42,229 bases of DNA, from positions 1-42,229 of the forward strand of contig WQXC01000001.1 of NCBI GenBank assembly GCA_009785045.1, in the 5' to 3' direction. The notes beneath the pieces were generated by a model that saw only the letters and a program-made list of their open reading frames with translations, made no database searches and was not told the origin of the DNA. This DNA comes from Treponema sp. Its GTDB lineage: Bacteria > Spirochaetota > Spirochaetia > Treponematales > Breznakiellaceae. Shown here piece after piece: positions 18,707 to 27,557 of this stretch; the first letter of the stretch is position 1; every line of letters starts with the position of its first letter. The translations under genes were made by a program, and so were the position numbers.

Positions 18707-19123
18707 ATGAAAGTTTTATTGGACACAAATGTAGTAATAGATATTTTTGCAAAAAGAGAATCATTTTATGAAAATTCTTATAGGGTTTTGCAGCTTGGAC
18801 TGGAAGGCGAAATCGAAACAATAATGAGTGCAGGCGCTGTAAAAGACGTGTTTTATATCTTAAAAAAATACATATCTGATTATAATGAAATAAGAGAAAA
18901 AATCTTTATTCTCAGCAATTATATAAAAATTTGTAATACTACTTCGGAAGATATAACAAGTGCGATATTACTATTTATGTCAGACTTTGAAGATGCGCTA
19001 ATCGCTGCGGCTGCAAGACGTGAAAAAGCAGACTATATCGTTACAAGAAACGAAAAAGACTTTGAAAATTCCCCTGTACCGGCAATAACCCCCGAACAGT
19101 TTTTACAGACACTTGCCTCTTAA
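18707..19123 (+). CDS. PIN-domain (VapC-like) toxin
   Basis: VLLDTNVVID, DFEDALI and YIVTRNEKDF acidic PIN motifs. Confidence 0.9.
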   Translation: MKVLLDTNVVIDIFAKRESFYENSYRVLQLGLEGEIETIMSAGAVKDVFYILKKYISDYNEIREKIFILSNYIKICNTTSEDITSAILLFMSDFEDALIAAAARREKADYIVTRNEKDFENSPVPAITPEQFLQTLAS

Positions 19124-19158
19124 GTTTTTATCCGCTAAATTGTAGCTCTGGAGGAACC

Positions 19159-20211
19159 ATGAAAGTTCTATTCATCGGCGGAACAGGAACAATTTCCAGC
19201 GCAATCACAAGGCGAGCGGCGCAACTGGGATGGGATATATATTTGCTTAACCGCGGAAACCGGAAAAGTGAATTTAAAGGGCCTGAATTTAAGCATATTT
19301 CATGTAATATACGCGAAGATGACATATCTGCAATAAGGGAAAAGCTGGAAAAAGCAATCGGCAAGGGAAATAAATTTGATGTAGTCGCAGAATTTATCGC
19401 ATTTGTTCCGGAGCATGTTCAAAAAGACTTTGATATTTTTAACGACCTTTGTAAACAGTATATTTTTATCTCATCCGCTTCGGCATACCAAAAACCGCTG
19501 TCATCATATCTGATTACCGAAAGCACTCCCCTCTCAAACCCGTTATGGGAATATTCCAGAAATAAAATTGCATGCGAAGAATACCTAATGCAAAAATACC
19601 GCGAAAACAATTTTCCCATAACAATTATCCGTCCAAGCCATACCTACGATGAACGCAGTGTTCCGTTAGGGGTTCACGGCTCTAAAGGCTCCTGGCAGGT
19701 TTTAAAAAGAATGATAGACGGCAAACCTGTTATAATTCACGGCGACGGTACAAGCCTGTGGACTTTAACCCACAACAGTGATTTTGCGCGCGCTTTTGTC
19801 CGTATCATGGGAAATATTCATGCAATTGGAGAGTCGATACATATTACTTCTGATGAAAGCGTAACATGGAATCAGATTTATCAAATTATCGCCTCTGCAC
19901 TAAATGTCAGGTTAAATGCTGTGTACGCAGCAAGCAGTTTACTGGATGAATTATCCGAAGGGCGTTATGACTTCCGGGGAAGCCTCTTGGGGGACAAAGC
20001 CAACAGCGTTGTTTTTGATAACACAAAATTAAAGCAGCTGGTACCGGATTTTTGCGCAAAAGTGCGGGTCGACGAAGGAATTAAAATGACCATAGCAAAT
20101 GTTCTGGCAAACAGCGAACTTCAGCAGCCTGATACAGAATTTGATGAATGGTGCGATAGAGTTATTGCTGCTTTGGAAACAGTAAAGGGAAAAATTACCA
20201 AACAGAAGTAA
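19159..20211 (+). CDS. NAD-dependent epimerase/dehydratase (extended/atypical SDR)
   Basis: GGTGTIS Rossmann motif, ISSASAY, YSRNK (YxxxK), IIRPSHTY; GGAGG RBS. Confidence 0.88.
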   Translation: MKVLFIGGTGTISSAITRRAAQLGWDIYLLNRGNRKSEFKGPEFKHISCNIREDDISAIREKLEKAIGKGNKFDVVAEFIAFVPEHVQKDFDIFNDLCKQYIFISSASAYQKPLSSYLITESTPLSNPLWEYSRNKIACEEYLMQKYRENNFPITIIRPSHTYDERSVPLGVHGSKGSWQVLKRMIDGKPVIIHGDGTSLWTLTHNSDFARAFVRIMGNIHAIGESIHITSDESVTWNQIYQIIASALNVRLNAVYAASSLLDELSEGRYDFRGSLLGDKANSVVFDNTKLKQLVPDFCAKVRVDEGIKMTIANVLANSELQQPDTEFDEWCDRVIAALETVKGKITKQK

Positions 20212-20554
20212 TTACATCGCTATTTGGTTTATGTTTTTTATGTTCTTTCATGGCAAGAACCGCTATTACCACAAAAAGCGCAAGAAAGAAGATAATCGTA
20301 AATAAAAGGGCAATAACGTTATTGTCACTTTCGTCCTTTATTTCTACGGGAGCGCCGACGATCAAGGTAGACGGATCCACTGGAACTCTATTATCTGTAA
20401 GTATTATAAAAACGCAGATTATTACCGTAAGAATCATCAAAGCAAGCGCTCCAAGGCTTGCCAGACGGGTATGAAAGTTCGATTTCTTATCAAGCGCCAA
20501 AAAGGACATACCGCCGATGAGTATAATACCAATTAAAACACCAACAAAAATCAT
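20195..20554 (-). CDS. Hypothetical membrane protein (3 TM segments)
   Basis: Three hydrophobic stretches in 119 aa; fills the gap between flanking genes. Confidence 0.75.
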   Translation of the reverse strand: MIFVGVLIGIILIGGMSFLALDKKSNFHTRLASLGALALMILTVIICVFIILTDNRVPVDPSTLIVGAPVEIKDESDNNVIALLFTIIFFLALFVVIAVLAMKEHKKHKPNSDVITSVW

Positions 20555-20578
20555 ATTAGATTTTCGGCCTTTTTCGCC

Positions 20579-20607
20579 TTGTCATATAGCGATTTATGTG
20601 GTATTCT
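20579..20607 (+). promoter_or_regulatory. Sigma70-type promoter of the ferredoxin gene
   Basis: TTGTCA(20579-20584)-17 bp-TATTCT(20602-20607) with an extended TG. Confidence 0.6.
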
Positions 20608-20638
20608 GAGGGTAATCCATATTATAGCGAGGTGAAAA

Positions 20639-20809
20639 ATGGCACATAAAATCAATGATTCCTGCGTAAATTGCGGTTCCTGCGTTGGCGACTGCCCGGT
20701 GGAAGCAATTTCCGAAAAAGACGGACAATACCAGATTGATGCATCGTTATGCACAGATTGCGGCGCATGCGTTGGCTCCTGCCCAACAGAAGCAATTGTA
20801 GCCGAGTAA
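20639..20809 (+). CDS. 2x[4Fe-4S] clostridial-type ferredoxin (56 aa)
   Basis: MAHKINDSCVNCGSCVGDCPVEAISEKDGQYQIDASLCTDCGACVGSCPTEAIVAE: two CxxCxxCxxxCP motifs and a GAGGTG RBS. Not in the ORF track. Confidence 0.96.
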   Translation: MAHKINDSCVNCGSCVGDCPVEAISEKDGQYQIDASLCTDCGACVGSCPTEAIVAE

Positions 20810-20818
20810 GGTTTGTCA

Positions 20819-21754
20819 ATGTTAAGAACAGGCAAGGGATTTACCCTTGCCTTTTTTTTAATTTTTCTCTGCACAGCGGCAGGTCATGCCCAGTCGGCAG
20901 GTCTGGATTTTCCGGTTTTAAGGCAGCTTGACCCCAGAGATATGGGGTTCAGGCAGTTTATGAACGACGTTGAGGGTAACAGACGGCGAATTTCAGGCGC
21001 TCATAACCGTTCTGCAGAAGAAATTACACAGTATTTAACAATTTACCAGTACACTATCCGGCGGGAGGATGACATCTTCTTTTTGGCAGCCCGCTTAAAT
21101 ATTCCATATTCTGCACTGGCAAGCATTAACAGAATTAATAACCCAACAGCGCTGGAGACGGGAAAAACTATCCTGCTTCCCTCATGCCCCGGAATATTCA
21201 TTCCCTTTAATATTGAAACAGATCTGGAAAAATTAATTGGAGCTGCAAGGCAGGTTAATCCGAATTTTGCAGAAATAAAGATAAGAATTGCCGGAAAAAC
21301 AGAAACCTATATGTTTTTTCCCGGCGCGGATTTTACTCCCACAGAAAGAGCGTTTTTTTTAAATTCGGGATTCCGGTTTCCATTACGGCATTTTCGAATA
21401 ACCAGCCGTTACGGCATTAGGGAAGACCCTTTTACTGGTCATATTTCGATGCATCAGGGAATAGACCTTGCCGCGCCGGAAGGAACCGAGGTCTTTGCTG
21501 TGGCGGACGGAACAGTAACAGCCACAGGATTTGATCCGGTATACGGAAATTATGTGATTATCAGACATACTAATAACTGGACAAGCCTATACGGGCATTT
21601 ACAAAAGATAGAAACGGTATTGCGATCAGATGTAAAATCAGGTAACCTTATAGGTAGAGTGGGATCTACCGGCCAATCCACAGGGCCTCACCTTCATTTT
21701 GAACTGCGGCAAGACGGAAGGGCATTCGATCCAGCAGGAAGGCTCCGTCCCTGA
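20819..21754 (+). CDS. LysM + M23 family peptidoglycan DD-metalloendopeptidase
   Basis: Signal peptide, LysM-like YTIRREDDIFFLAARLNI...LASINRI, HQGID, YGHL and STGPHLHFE. ATG at 20819 preferred over TTG at 20813. Confidence 0.9.
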   Translation: MLRTGKGFTLAFFLIFLCTAAGHAQSAGLDFPVLRQLDPRDMGFRQFMNDVEGNRRRISGAHNRSAEEITQYLTIYQYTIRREDDIFFLAARLNIPYSALASINRINNPTALETGKTILLPSCPGIFIPFNIETDLEKLIGAARQVNPNFAEIKIRIAGKTETYMFFPGADFTPTERAFFLNSGFRFPLRHFRITSRYGIREDPFTGHISMHQGIDLAAPEGTEVFAVADGTVTATGFDPVYGNYVIIRHTNNWTSLYGHLQKIETVLRSDVKSGNLIGRVGSTGQSTGPHLHFELRQDGRAFDPAGRLRP

Positions 21755-22763
21755 ACATTGGCGGAAAAAAAACGGATGGTGTATGCCGACAGCCATAATA
21801 TTCCTTGTTATTTTTCTGCTCTTTCCCGGAATCTGCCTTCAGGCTGAATCATTCCGCACATCAGTAGAAGCCATTGTAGAAATATCACCCGGCGCAGCCG
21901 AAGTAGTAGTTCCGCTTGGTATTAACAGCTCGGTAATTTTAGACCTGGGTGCAGACGCGCGATTCTTAAGAGGAATTGAACTGGAGATTTCTGCTCCGCA
22001 AAGCTGGCTGCCGTACCGCGGCTCTCTTGTTATGATTATGTATAATAATTTAAATCCGCAGAACGCCTCTGGTTTAACCGACATGGATGGCAGCCGGATT
22101 GCATTTGAACCTCTTCCTTCCAGATTAAGAATTGTTTATCATATCCCGCTAAGGCAGCAGCATGGGCTTAGAACAACGACCTCTGTAATTATGCCGACAG
22201 GTGTAGTTCAGCCTGTTTCGTTTCCGATCATGTTCAGGTTAATGCAGGTATCAAAAGGACTGCCGGATGATTTTGATAACACCATTTTCACCTTAATCGC
22301 AAGACCGATTCTCAGCGACGAAGGCGCAGTAAGGCTCATTCCCCGTTTTCCGCCTAATTTGCGAAACAGGCCTTTTACAGTCATAATCAATGACAATGTA
22401 ATAACCAACATTTCCGATCAGATATTGCTGCGGGAAGGTGAACATCACCTTGTTATCCTGTCAGAGGACTACCGTAATGAAAGCCGCCGATTCGTTGTGG
22501 AAAGAGCAAAAGTCATCGATTTAACCATCGATTTACAGGATCCTACCCCAATAATCATCTTTGAAGGGCCTCAAAATGCCCAAATTTTCCTAAATAACAC
22601 GCAAATTTCACGGAATCGCGAGCCTGTCACCGTAGAACCGGGTATGCACGAGGTCAAATTCCAGGTTGGTGATTATACAGTAATAAGGTCAATTAATGTC
22701 CAGCGCGGAAAAACCTACCGTGTAGCCCTGGCAGTAGACCTTACAGTCCAGGAAGAAGACTGA
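21699..22763 (+). CDS. Exported hypothetical protein with C-terminal PEGA-like beta-sandwich repeats (start probably ATG 21783)
   Basis: Signal-like hydrophobic segment after MPT; GPQNAQIFLNN...VEPGMHEVKF resembles PEGA. Confidence 0.7.
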   Translation: MNCGKTEGHSIQQEGSVPEHWRKKNGWCMPTAIIFLVIFLLFPGICLQAESFRTSVEAIVEISPGAAEVVVPLGINSSVILDLGADARFLRGIELEISAPQSWLPYRGSLVMIMYNNLNPQNASGLTDMDGSRIAFEPLPSRLRIVYHIPLRQQHGLRTTTSVIMPTGVVQPVSFPIMFRLMQVSKGLPDDFDNTIFTLIARPILSDEGAVRLIPRFPPNLRNRPFTVIINDNVITNISDQILLREGEHHLVILSEDYRNESRRFVVERAKVIDLTIDLQDPTPIIIFEGPQNAQIFLNNTQISRNREPVTVEPGMHEVKFQVGDYTVIRSINVQRGKTYRVALAVDLTVQEED

Positions 22764-22804
22764 GAAATAATTAATGAAATACAACCCCTCTACCGATACT
22801 CAAA

Positions 22805-22905
22805 ATGTCGGGATTATAGTTCCCCTCCCAAATCACTATACTTCCGATATGCCTCAAGGGCATGGAGCTGTTCGAAACACAAATCGGGCAGCTCTTTTTT
22901 TTTTT
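22805..22905 (+). ncRNA. Candidate small RNA: long stem with C-rich loop, small hairpin, terminator
   Basis: 22805-22820 pairs with 22835-22850 around the loop TCCCCTCCCAAATC. G-U pairs favour the plus strand. TAAT-N16-ACCGATAC lies immediately upstream. Confidence 0.5.
22865..22905 (+). terminator. Rho-independent terminator
   Basis: GAGCTGTTCGA-loop-TCGGGCAGCTC 11-bp stem followed by T11. Confidence 0.85.
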
Positions 22906-22928
22906 CCTTTGATACTTTATAATGTCTC

Positions 22929-24272
22929 ATGCAGGAAAAACAAACAGAAAGCGAAATTGAAGTTAAATTAAAACCCATTCTTGGCATCCGCCCCGGCGTG
23001 TACCTTACCATCCTATATTCGCTGATTATACTGGCAGTCCTCTTTTTTCTGCTGCTGTTCCCGGGACTAACAAATCCCGGTTCCATGCTGATAGTAAAAA
23101 CCGAGCCAGCCGGCGCGGCTATCAGGGTAAACGATATTTACATGGGTGTTGCCGGAAGCAGAATCTTTGTTCCAAAGGGAACACATACCATAGAAGCCGT
23201 TATGCCAGGTTTTGAAAGCCAAAACGCCGTACATGAGATACCCTCCCGTCTCTTTGGCTCCCGGTTTTTTCCGCGTATTTACAGAACAGAGTTTGCGTTA
23301 ACAACTGCCGATCCGGCAGCCGCATTTGCGATATACGCTGCGGATTTTACCGCATGGACATTCGCCGGTGAACCTACTGCATCATGGCAAATACCGCTTA
23401 GTCTTTCCGAAGGCGCATATCGTACAGGCCCCTACGCAAACGATGAACTCCATCAAATACTGCTGGCGGCTGCCGGATTTACAACAACCCGCGCTGCCAT
23501 GCGTGACCTAATCCGCGCCAAAATGCTTATGGATAACTTTGGCAATGCACCTTCTGTTCCAGCGCTTTTTGGCTCAGTTTCTGAAATATTGGCTTTCCTG
23601 TCACAAAACCCGGAAAGCGCAGCCTGGCTTGCACGTCTTCTTCCGCGTGAAACTGCAGCTATAATCGAAGGATCAGACTGGTTCAGGAACGAACCTATTA
23701 GAAACACTCCATGGCCGGAAACAAACAATCCTGGACGGATTTCCGCAGCAGGTTTAACATTTATTAATTTTAGCGGATCCGGTCTGATAATAAGCGAAAC
23801 TGCTGTCCCCAGATCATTATTTGAAACCTTTTTGAATGAAAACCCGGAATACTTAGATCAAAAAACAGACTATTTTCCGCAAGAACTCTCCAGCCATCCG
23901 TGGGAAATCGACAGGAATATAATTACCGGTATAACATGGTATGCAGCCGATGCCTTTTGCAAATGGCTGACACAACGCCTGCCCCCAGCAATGTCTGGAA
24001 TGAAAGTAAGGCTTCCGACAGAACAGGAATGGCTTTTTGCCGCTCAGCGTTTAAATAATATGAAAAATCAGGGTTGGGAATGGTGCGAAGACCCGTATTC
24101 ACCTTTAAAGTTTTTTACAGCATCACCGGAAGCAGTAAAAAAGCTGGGATCCCCTGAACGGACATTATACGGCAGACCATATTCCGGGTCTGCAGAAACA
24201 AGAGCTTCCCTGCCCCCGGATTTATCATCGCCGTTTGTATCATTCAGAACAGTCATTGCTTCAAAAGAGTAA
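22929..24272 (+). CDS. Membrane-anchored PEGA + SUMF1/FGE-sulfatase-like domain protein
   Basis: N-terminal TM; VKTEPAGAAIRVND (PEGA); ITWYAADAFCKWL, RLPTEQEW, WEWCED and FRTV (FGE fold). Confidence 0.8.
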   Translation: MQEKQTESEIEVKLKPILGIRPGVYLTILYSLIILAVLFFLLLFPGLTNPGSMLIVKTEPAGAAIRVNDIYMGVAGSRIFVPKGTHTIEAVMPGFESQNAVHEIPSRLFGSRFFPRIYRTEFALTTADPAAAFAIYAADFTAWTFAGEPTASWQIPLSLSEGAYRTGPYANDELHQILLAAAGFTTTRAAMRDLIRAKMLMDNFGNAPSVPALFGSVSEILAFLSQNPESAAWLARLLPRETAAIIEGSDWFRNEPIRNTPWPETNNPGRISAAGLTFINFSGSGLIISETAVPRSLFETFLNENPEYLDQKTDYFPQELSSHPWEIDRNIITGITWYAADAFCKWLTQRLPPAMSGMKVRLPTEQEWLFAAQRLNNMKNQGWEWCEDPYSPLKFFTASPEAVKKLGSPERTLYGRPYSGSAETRASLPPDLSSPFVSFRTVIASKE

Positions 24273-24276
24273 CATA

Positions 24277-24738
24277 ATGAGTGAAGGCACCAAACTAATA
24301 GCGAAAAACCGCAAGGCATACCATGATTATTCTATTGACGAAAGCTACGAATGCGGCATAGAACTCCTTGGGACAGAGGTAAAATCGTTCCGTGACGGTA
24401 AAATCTCATTTCCGGATGCCTGGGCAGAGGTAATTAACGGCGAAGTCTGGGTGCGCTCTCTTGTTGTTTCGGAAAACCCGTTTTCATCGATATTTAACCA
24501 CGAACCTGACAGAAAAAAACGCCTTCTTCTGCACAAAGAAGAGATAAAAAGGATTAACCGGAAAGTCGAAGAAAAAGGATATACCCTTATTCCGCTGTCT
24601 TTTTACTTTAAAAAAGGAAGAGTAAAAGTCGAGTTAGGGCTTTGCAAAGGAAAAAAGGCATACGATAAGCGTGCCGGAATCAGGGAAAAAGACCTAAAAC
24701 GCGACATTGCCCGCGAATTCAGGCATGGTTTGCAATAA
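24277..24738 (+). CDS. smpB: SsrA-binding protein
   Basis: NRKAYHDY, GIELLGTEVKS, RLLLHKEEI and KGKKAYDKR. ATG at 24277. Confidence 0.97.
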   Translation: MSEGTKLIAKNRKAYHDYSIDESYECGIELLGTEVKSFRDGKISFPDAWAEVINGEVWVRSLVVSENPFSSIFNHEPDRKKRLLLHKEEIKRINRKVEEKGYTLIPLSFYFKKGRVKVELGLCKGKKAYDKRAGIREKDLKRDIAREFRHGLQ

Positions 24739-24755
24739 ATATAGCAATTTATCGG

Positions 24756-25193
24756 TTATCTTGAGCGTTTTTCGATTAATTCAAGCATAAACAGGAAGGC
24801 AAAAACCATTAAACCTATACAAAGAGCGGCAATTTTTATGTTTTTATCAGAAATAAAGTCCGGTTTTGAAGTATAATACACATTTCCTGCAGTTACAGGG
24901 GCGTTTTTCATGGTTCCAAGCCCAACAATACGGACAAAACGCTCATCTCTATGCCCATAACCCATCTGACGGGCATGAATTAATAAAGTGTCCTGATCAT
25001 AAAGCAGGTTATTTCTGGTTCTTTCCAGATCTTCGTTTAAAATTCCCAAATCTCTTATATTGTCCCATTGACGTTCCCTCTCGGCCAATAAATAATTATA
25101 AGCAGATATACCTGCAGGACCGCTTAAAAAGGAAAAAAGCGTGTATACAGCAATAGCCGTCCAAATTCCGATGAGGTACTTGAAGATACTCAT
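24756..25193 (-). CDS. Septum formation initiator family protein (FtsB/DivIC-like)
   Basis: TM-GPAG-coiled coil-DQDTLLIHARQMGY...ERF pattern, with an extra C-terminal TM. Start taken at ATG 25193. Confidence 0.72.
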   Translation of the reverse strand: MSIFKYLIGIWTAIAVYTLFSFLSGPAGISAYNYLLAERERQWDNIRDLGILNEDLERTRNNLLYDQDTLLIHARQMGYGHRDERFVRIVGLGTMKNAPVTAGNVYYTSKPDFISDKNIKIAALCIGLMVFAFLFMLELIEKRSR

Positions 25194-25265
25194 GGTTCGA
25201 TTTACGGTTGTTTTATGTTGATTCTTTAGATTTCCATATAAAAGCTGCACCCCACAAAAGCAGGA

Positions 25266-25339
25266 TTGACAACTGTAATGCCATAGGTTATCTTATATAT
25301 TGAGATAAACTACTGAAAACAGGTAAAAGTACCGATAAT
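25266..25339 (+). promoter_or_regulatory. Candidate promoters for the acidic-protein/Maf operon
   Basis: TTGACA(25266-25271)-17 bp-TATCTT(25289-25294); also ACCGATAA at 25331-25338. Confidence 0.6.
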
Positions 25340-25370
25340 TGACCATATGTGTTAATTTAGGGAGCGGTTC

Positions 25371-27557
25371 ATGACAAGTGAAAAAAAACCTTCGATATAC
25401 TCAGATCGCAGCAGCATTGGCTCTGCTGAAGAACTGGATGAGTACGGTGTTTGGGTAAAGAGCGAACCTCAGGTTCTATCGACAGACGATGTTTCGGGCG
25501 GTTCTTCCGATTTTGATGACTTTGTATTGCCGGCAGAGGATTCTTTAGCCGACAGTGATGATTCATTATCATATGATGATGCAGTACTGGATCTTGACGA
25601 GGCAAAAGCACCCTCGACATCCGAGAATATTGAATTTCCGGATGACAATATTGAGCTTGATCTGGATGACGACCCGTTATCCTCGACAGCAGATTTTGCA
25701 GATCTTAATATGCCAGTCGATGAAGACACAGGGTTTGCCGATATCGGCGGCGGCGATGAACTCGAAATAGAAGATACATCTTTTGATGAATTTGAAGTTC
25801 CCGTAGCTACTTCTGCAGAAGACGAAATAATCGAAGCCGGAAACGATGATTTTGACGAAGAAGATTTTATAAGCGAAGAGTTTAACACAGAAGTCGCACT
25901 TGACGATGATTCAAATATTTCAATTGGAGATGATTCTGATCTTTCAATCAGCGATGACTTTAGTTCAGATATATCGATAAGCGATGATTCTGATCTTTCT
26001 ATTACTGATGATTCTGATCTTTCAATCGGCGATTCTCTTGATTCCGATTTATCTATCAGCGATGACCTGGACATACCTACAGTTAAATCAATCGAAAGTA
26101 ATATAAACGCTGTTCAGGATAACTTTGATTCTGTTCAGACAGGCGAAGGAGAACTTTCAACCCATCTGCTTAAAAAAATCGCCTCCGAGCTTTCATCAAT
26201 CAGAAGCGAACTGACAGATCTTAAAAAAGAATTTGCAAGCGCGCGTTCATTTGTGCCGGAAGACGGAAAACGCGACGATTCTACCGGTTTCTTTTCGGAA
26301 GAAGATGATGAAACCATTTCGCTTACAGGCGACGAGCTTGATAATATTCTTACAGATTCAACAGAGTTCGGCGCAGATGAAACGCCTAAGACATCAGGAT
26401 TTGATATCGGCGATGATGACGAAGATGAAGCAATTGCGCTTACAGGCGATGAACTTGACAACATTTTAAATTCAGCGGATTTCACCGAAGAATCGGGAAC
26501 CGAAGAAAGTCCTGAAAGTGAATTCTCGCTTGACGAAGATACAACTGATGACTTTGGTTCAGATATTCTCGGAGAAACGGAAACTGAAACCGAGATTGGA
26601 ACTGAAGCCGAAGAAGAAGATATCACCGAAGAAGATTTTATTGATATTGACACCGACGACCTTGATATCGACCTTGATCCCAACACAGTGTTTAACGATT
26701 TAGATTCAGACGAAATTGCCGCTAATGACGATGGCGATTCAGATCTCCAGACCGACAGTCTTATAGCTGATGACTTCTCTGATTTTGCCGAAAGCGACGA
26801 TACTGACATTGAAGAACTTTCCGATGATAATGAACTTGAAAAACTCCGGGAAGAAGGCGCAACACCTTTATCAGATGCGCCTGATAATACTTCATATCTC
26901 GAAGATGAAGATGATGAATCTGAATCGTTTGATCTTTCAGAAGCAGTAATTGATGAGCCGGAATTATCAGCCGACGGCATTAACGACGAATTATCTGAAC
27001 CATCAATGGATGACGATGATTTTAACCTGGATGCTCTTGATGATTTAACAATGGATTCCGAATCTGATTTAACTCCTCTTGAAGACGAAATTGAAACATT
27101 GGAAGAGGACGATGTTGTAGAAGATATCGAAGAACCGGAAGAACTGGTTGAACAGGTAATACCGGAAGTACTTGAGGCAGAATTAGAAGAACAGCCCGTT
27201 CCATTTGATGACGAGTATGATGAAGTGCTTGAAATGGAACCGGAAGAAGATATTCCTGCACCTGCACAGAAGCAACAAGCATTCCAACAGCCTGCTGCAG
27301 CTCCGGCATTTACTTCGGCTCCGGCACAGCAAATGGGATTCCAGCAGCCGGGATATGCTCCTGCTCCAACGATGCAGGCTTCTGCCGGAAAAGAACCTTT
27401 TATTATTCCTTCGGATTTAAGATCTGAACTCAGAAATATACTTAGCTACATGGATCAGCTTCTTGAGTCTCTGCCGGAAGAAAAAATTGAGGAATTTGCA
27501 AAATCTGAATACTTTGATTCCTATAAGAAACTCTTTAAGGAATTGGGGCTGGTATAA
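25371..27557 (+). CDS. Highly acidic, largely disordered hypothetical protein with ordered-looking ends (728 aa)
   Basis: D/E-rich body; N-terminal LDEYGVWVK; central coiled coil LLKKIASELSSIRSELTDLKKEF; C-terminal helical YMDQLLESLPEEKIEEFAKSEYF; GGAG RBS. Confidence 0.85.
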   Translation: MTSEKKPSIYSDRSSIGSAEELDEYGVWVKSEPQVLSTDDVSGGSSDFDDFVLPAEDSLADSDDSLSYDDAVLDLDEAKAPSTSENIEFPDDNIELDLDDDPLSSTADFADLNMPVDEDTGFADIGGGDELEIEDTSFDEFEVPVATSAEDEIIEAGNDDFDEEDFISEEFNTEVALDDDSNISIGDDSDLSISDDFSSDISISDDSDLSITDDSDLSIGDSLDSDLSISDDLDIPTVKSIESNINAVQDNFDSVQTGEGELSTHLLKKIASELSSIRSELTDLKKEFASARSFVPEDGKRDDSTGFFSEEDDETISLTGDELDNILTDSTEFGADETPKTSGFDIGDDDEDEAIALTGDELDNILNSADFTEESGTEESPESEFSLDEDTTDDFGSDILGETETETEIGTEAEEEDITEEDFIDIDTDDLDIDLDPNTVFNDLDSDEIAANDDGDSDLQTDSLIADDFSDFAESDDTDIEELSDDNELEKLREEGATPLSDAPDNTSYLEDEDDESESFDLSEAVIDEPELSADGINDELSEPSMDDDDFNLDALDDLTMDSESDLTPLEDEIETLEEDDVVEDIEEPEELVEQVIPEVLEAELEEQPVPFDDEYDEVLEMEPEEDIPAPAQKQQAFQQPAAAPAFTSAPAQQMGFQQPGYAPAPTMQASAGKEPFIIPSDLRSELRNILSYMDQLLESLPEEKIEEFAKSEYFDSYKKLFKELGLV
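25905..26070 (+). repeat. ~24-30-bp coding tandem repeat (DDSDLSI[S/T/G]), ~6 copies
   Basis: GATGATTCTGATCTTTC recurs. Confidence 0.8.

Noticed and set aside
18426-19123. TA pair as part of a mobile element
   Set aside because: No integrase, transposase, terminal repeats or target duplication seen.
20551-20931. 107-aa minus and 60-aa plus ORFs
   Set aside because: They overlap the clear ferredoxin gene in other frames.
22895-22905. T11 tract as a phase-variation switch
   Set aside because: It directly follows an 11-bp hairpin and is adequately explained as a terminator tail.
22764-22928. tmRNA, SRP RNA or tRNA near smpB
   Set aside because: Too short for tmRNA; no cloverleaf or CCA end; no SRP GGAA-loop motif.
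22774-23086. 65-aa plus and 90-aa minus ORFs across the intergenic gap
   Set aside because: No clear RBS; they cross a terminator with T11 and overlap the next gene. RNA structure explains the region better, although a short peptide cannot be fully excluded.
25469-27420. Long Ser-rich minus ORFs and out-of-frame plus ORFs in the acidic gene
   Set aside because: Shadows of GAT/GAA-rich codons.
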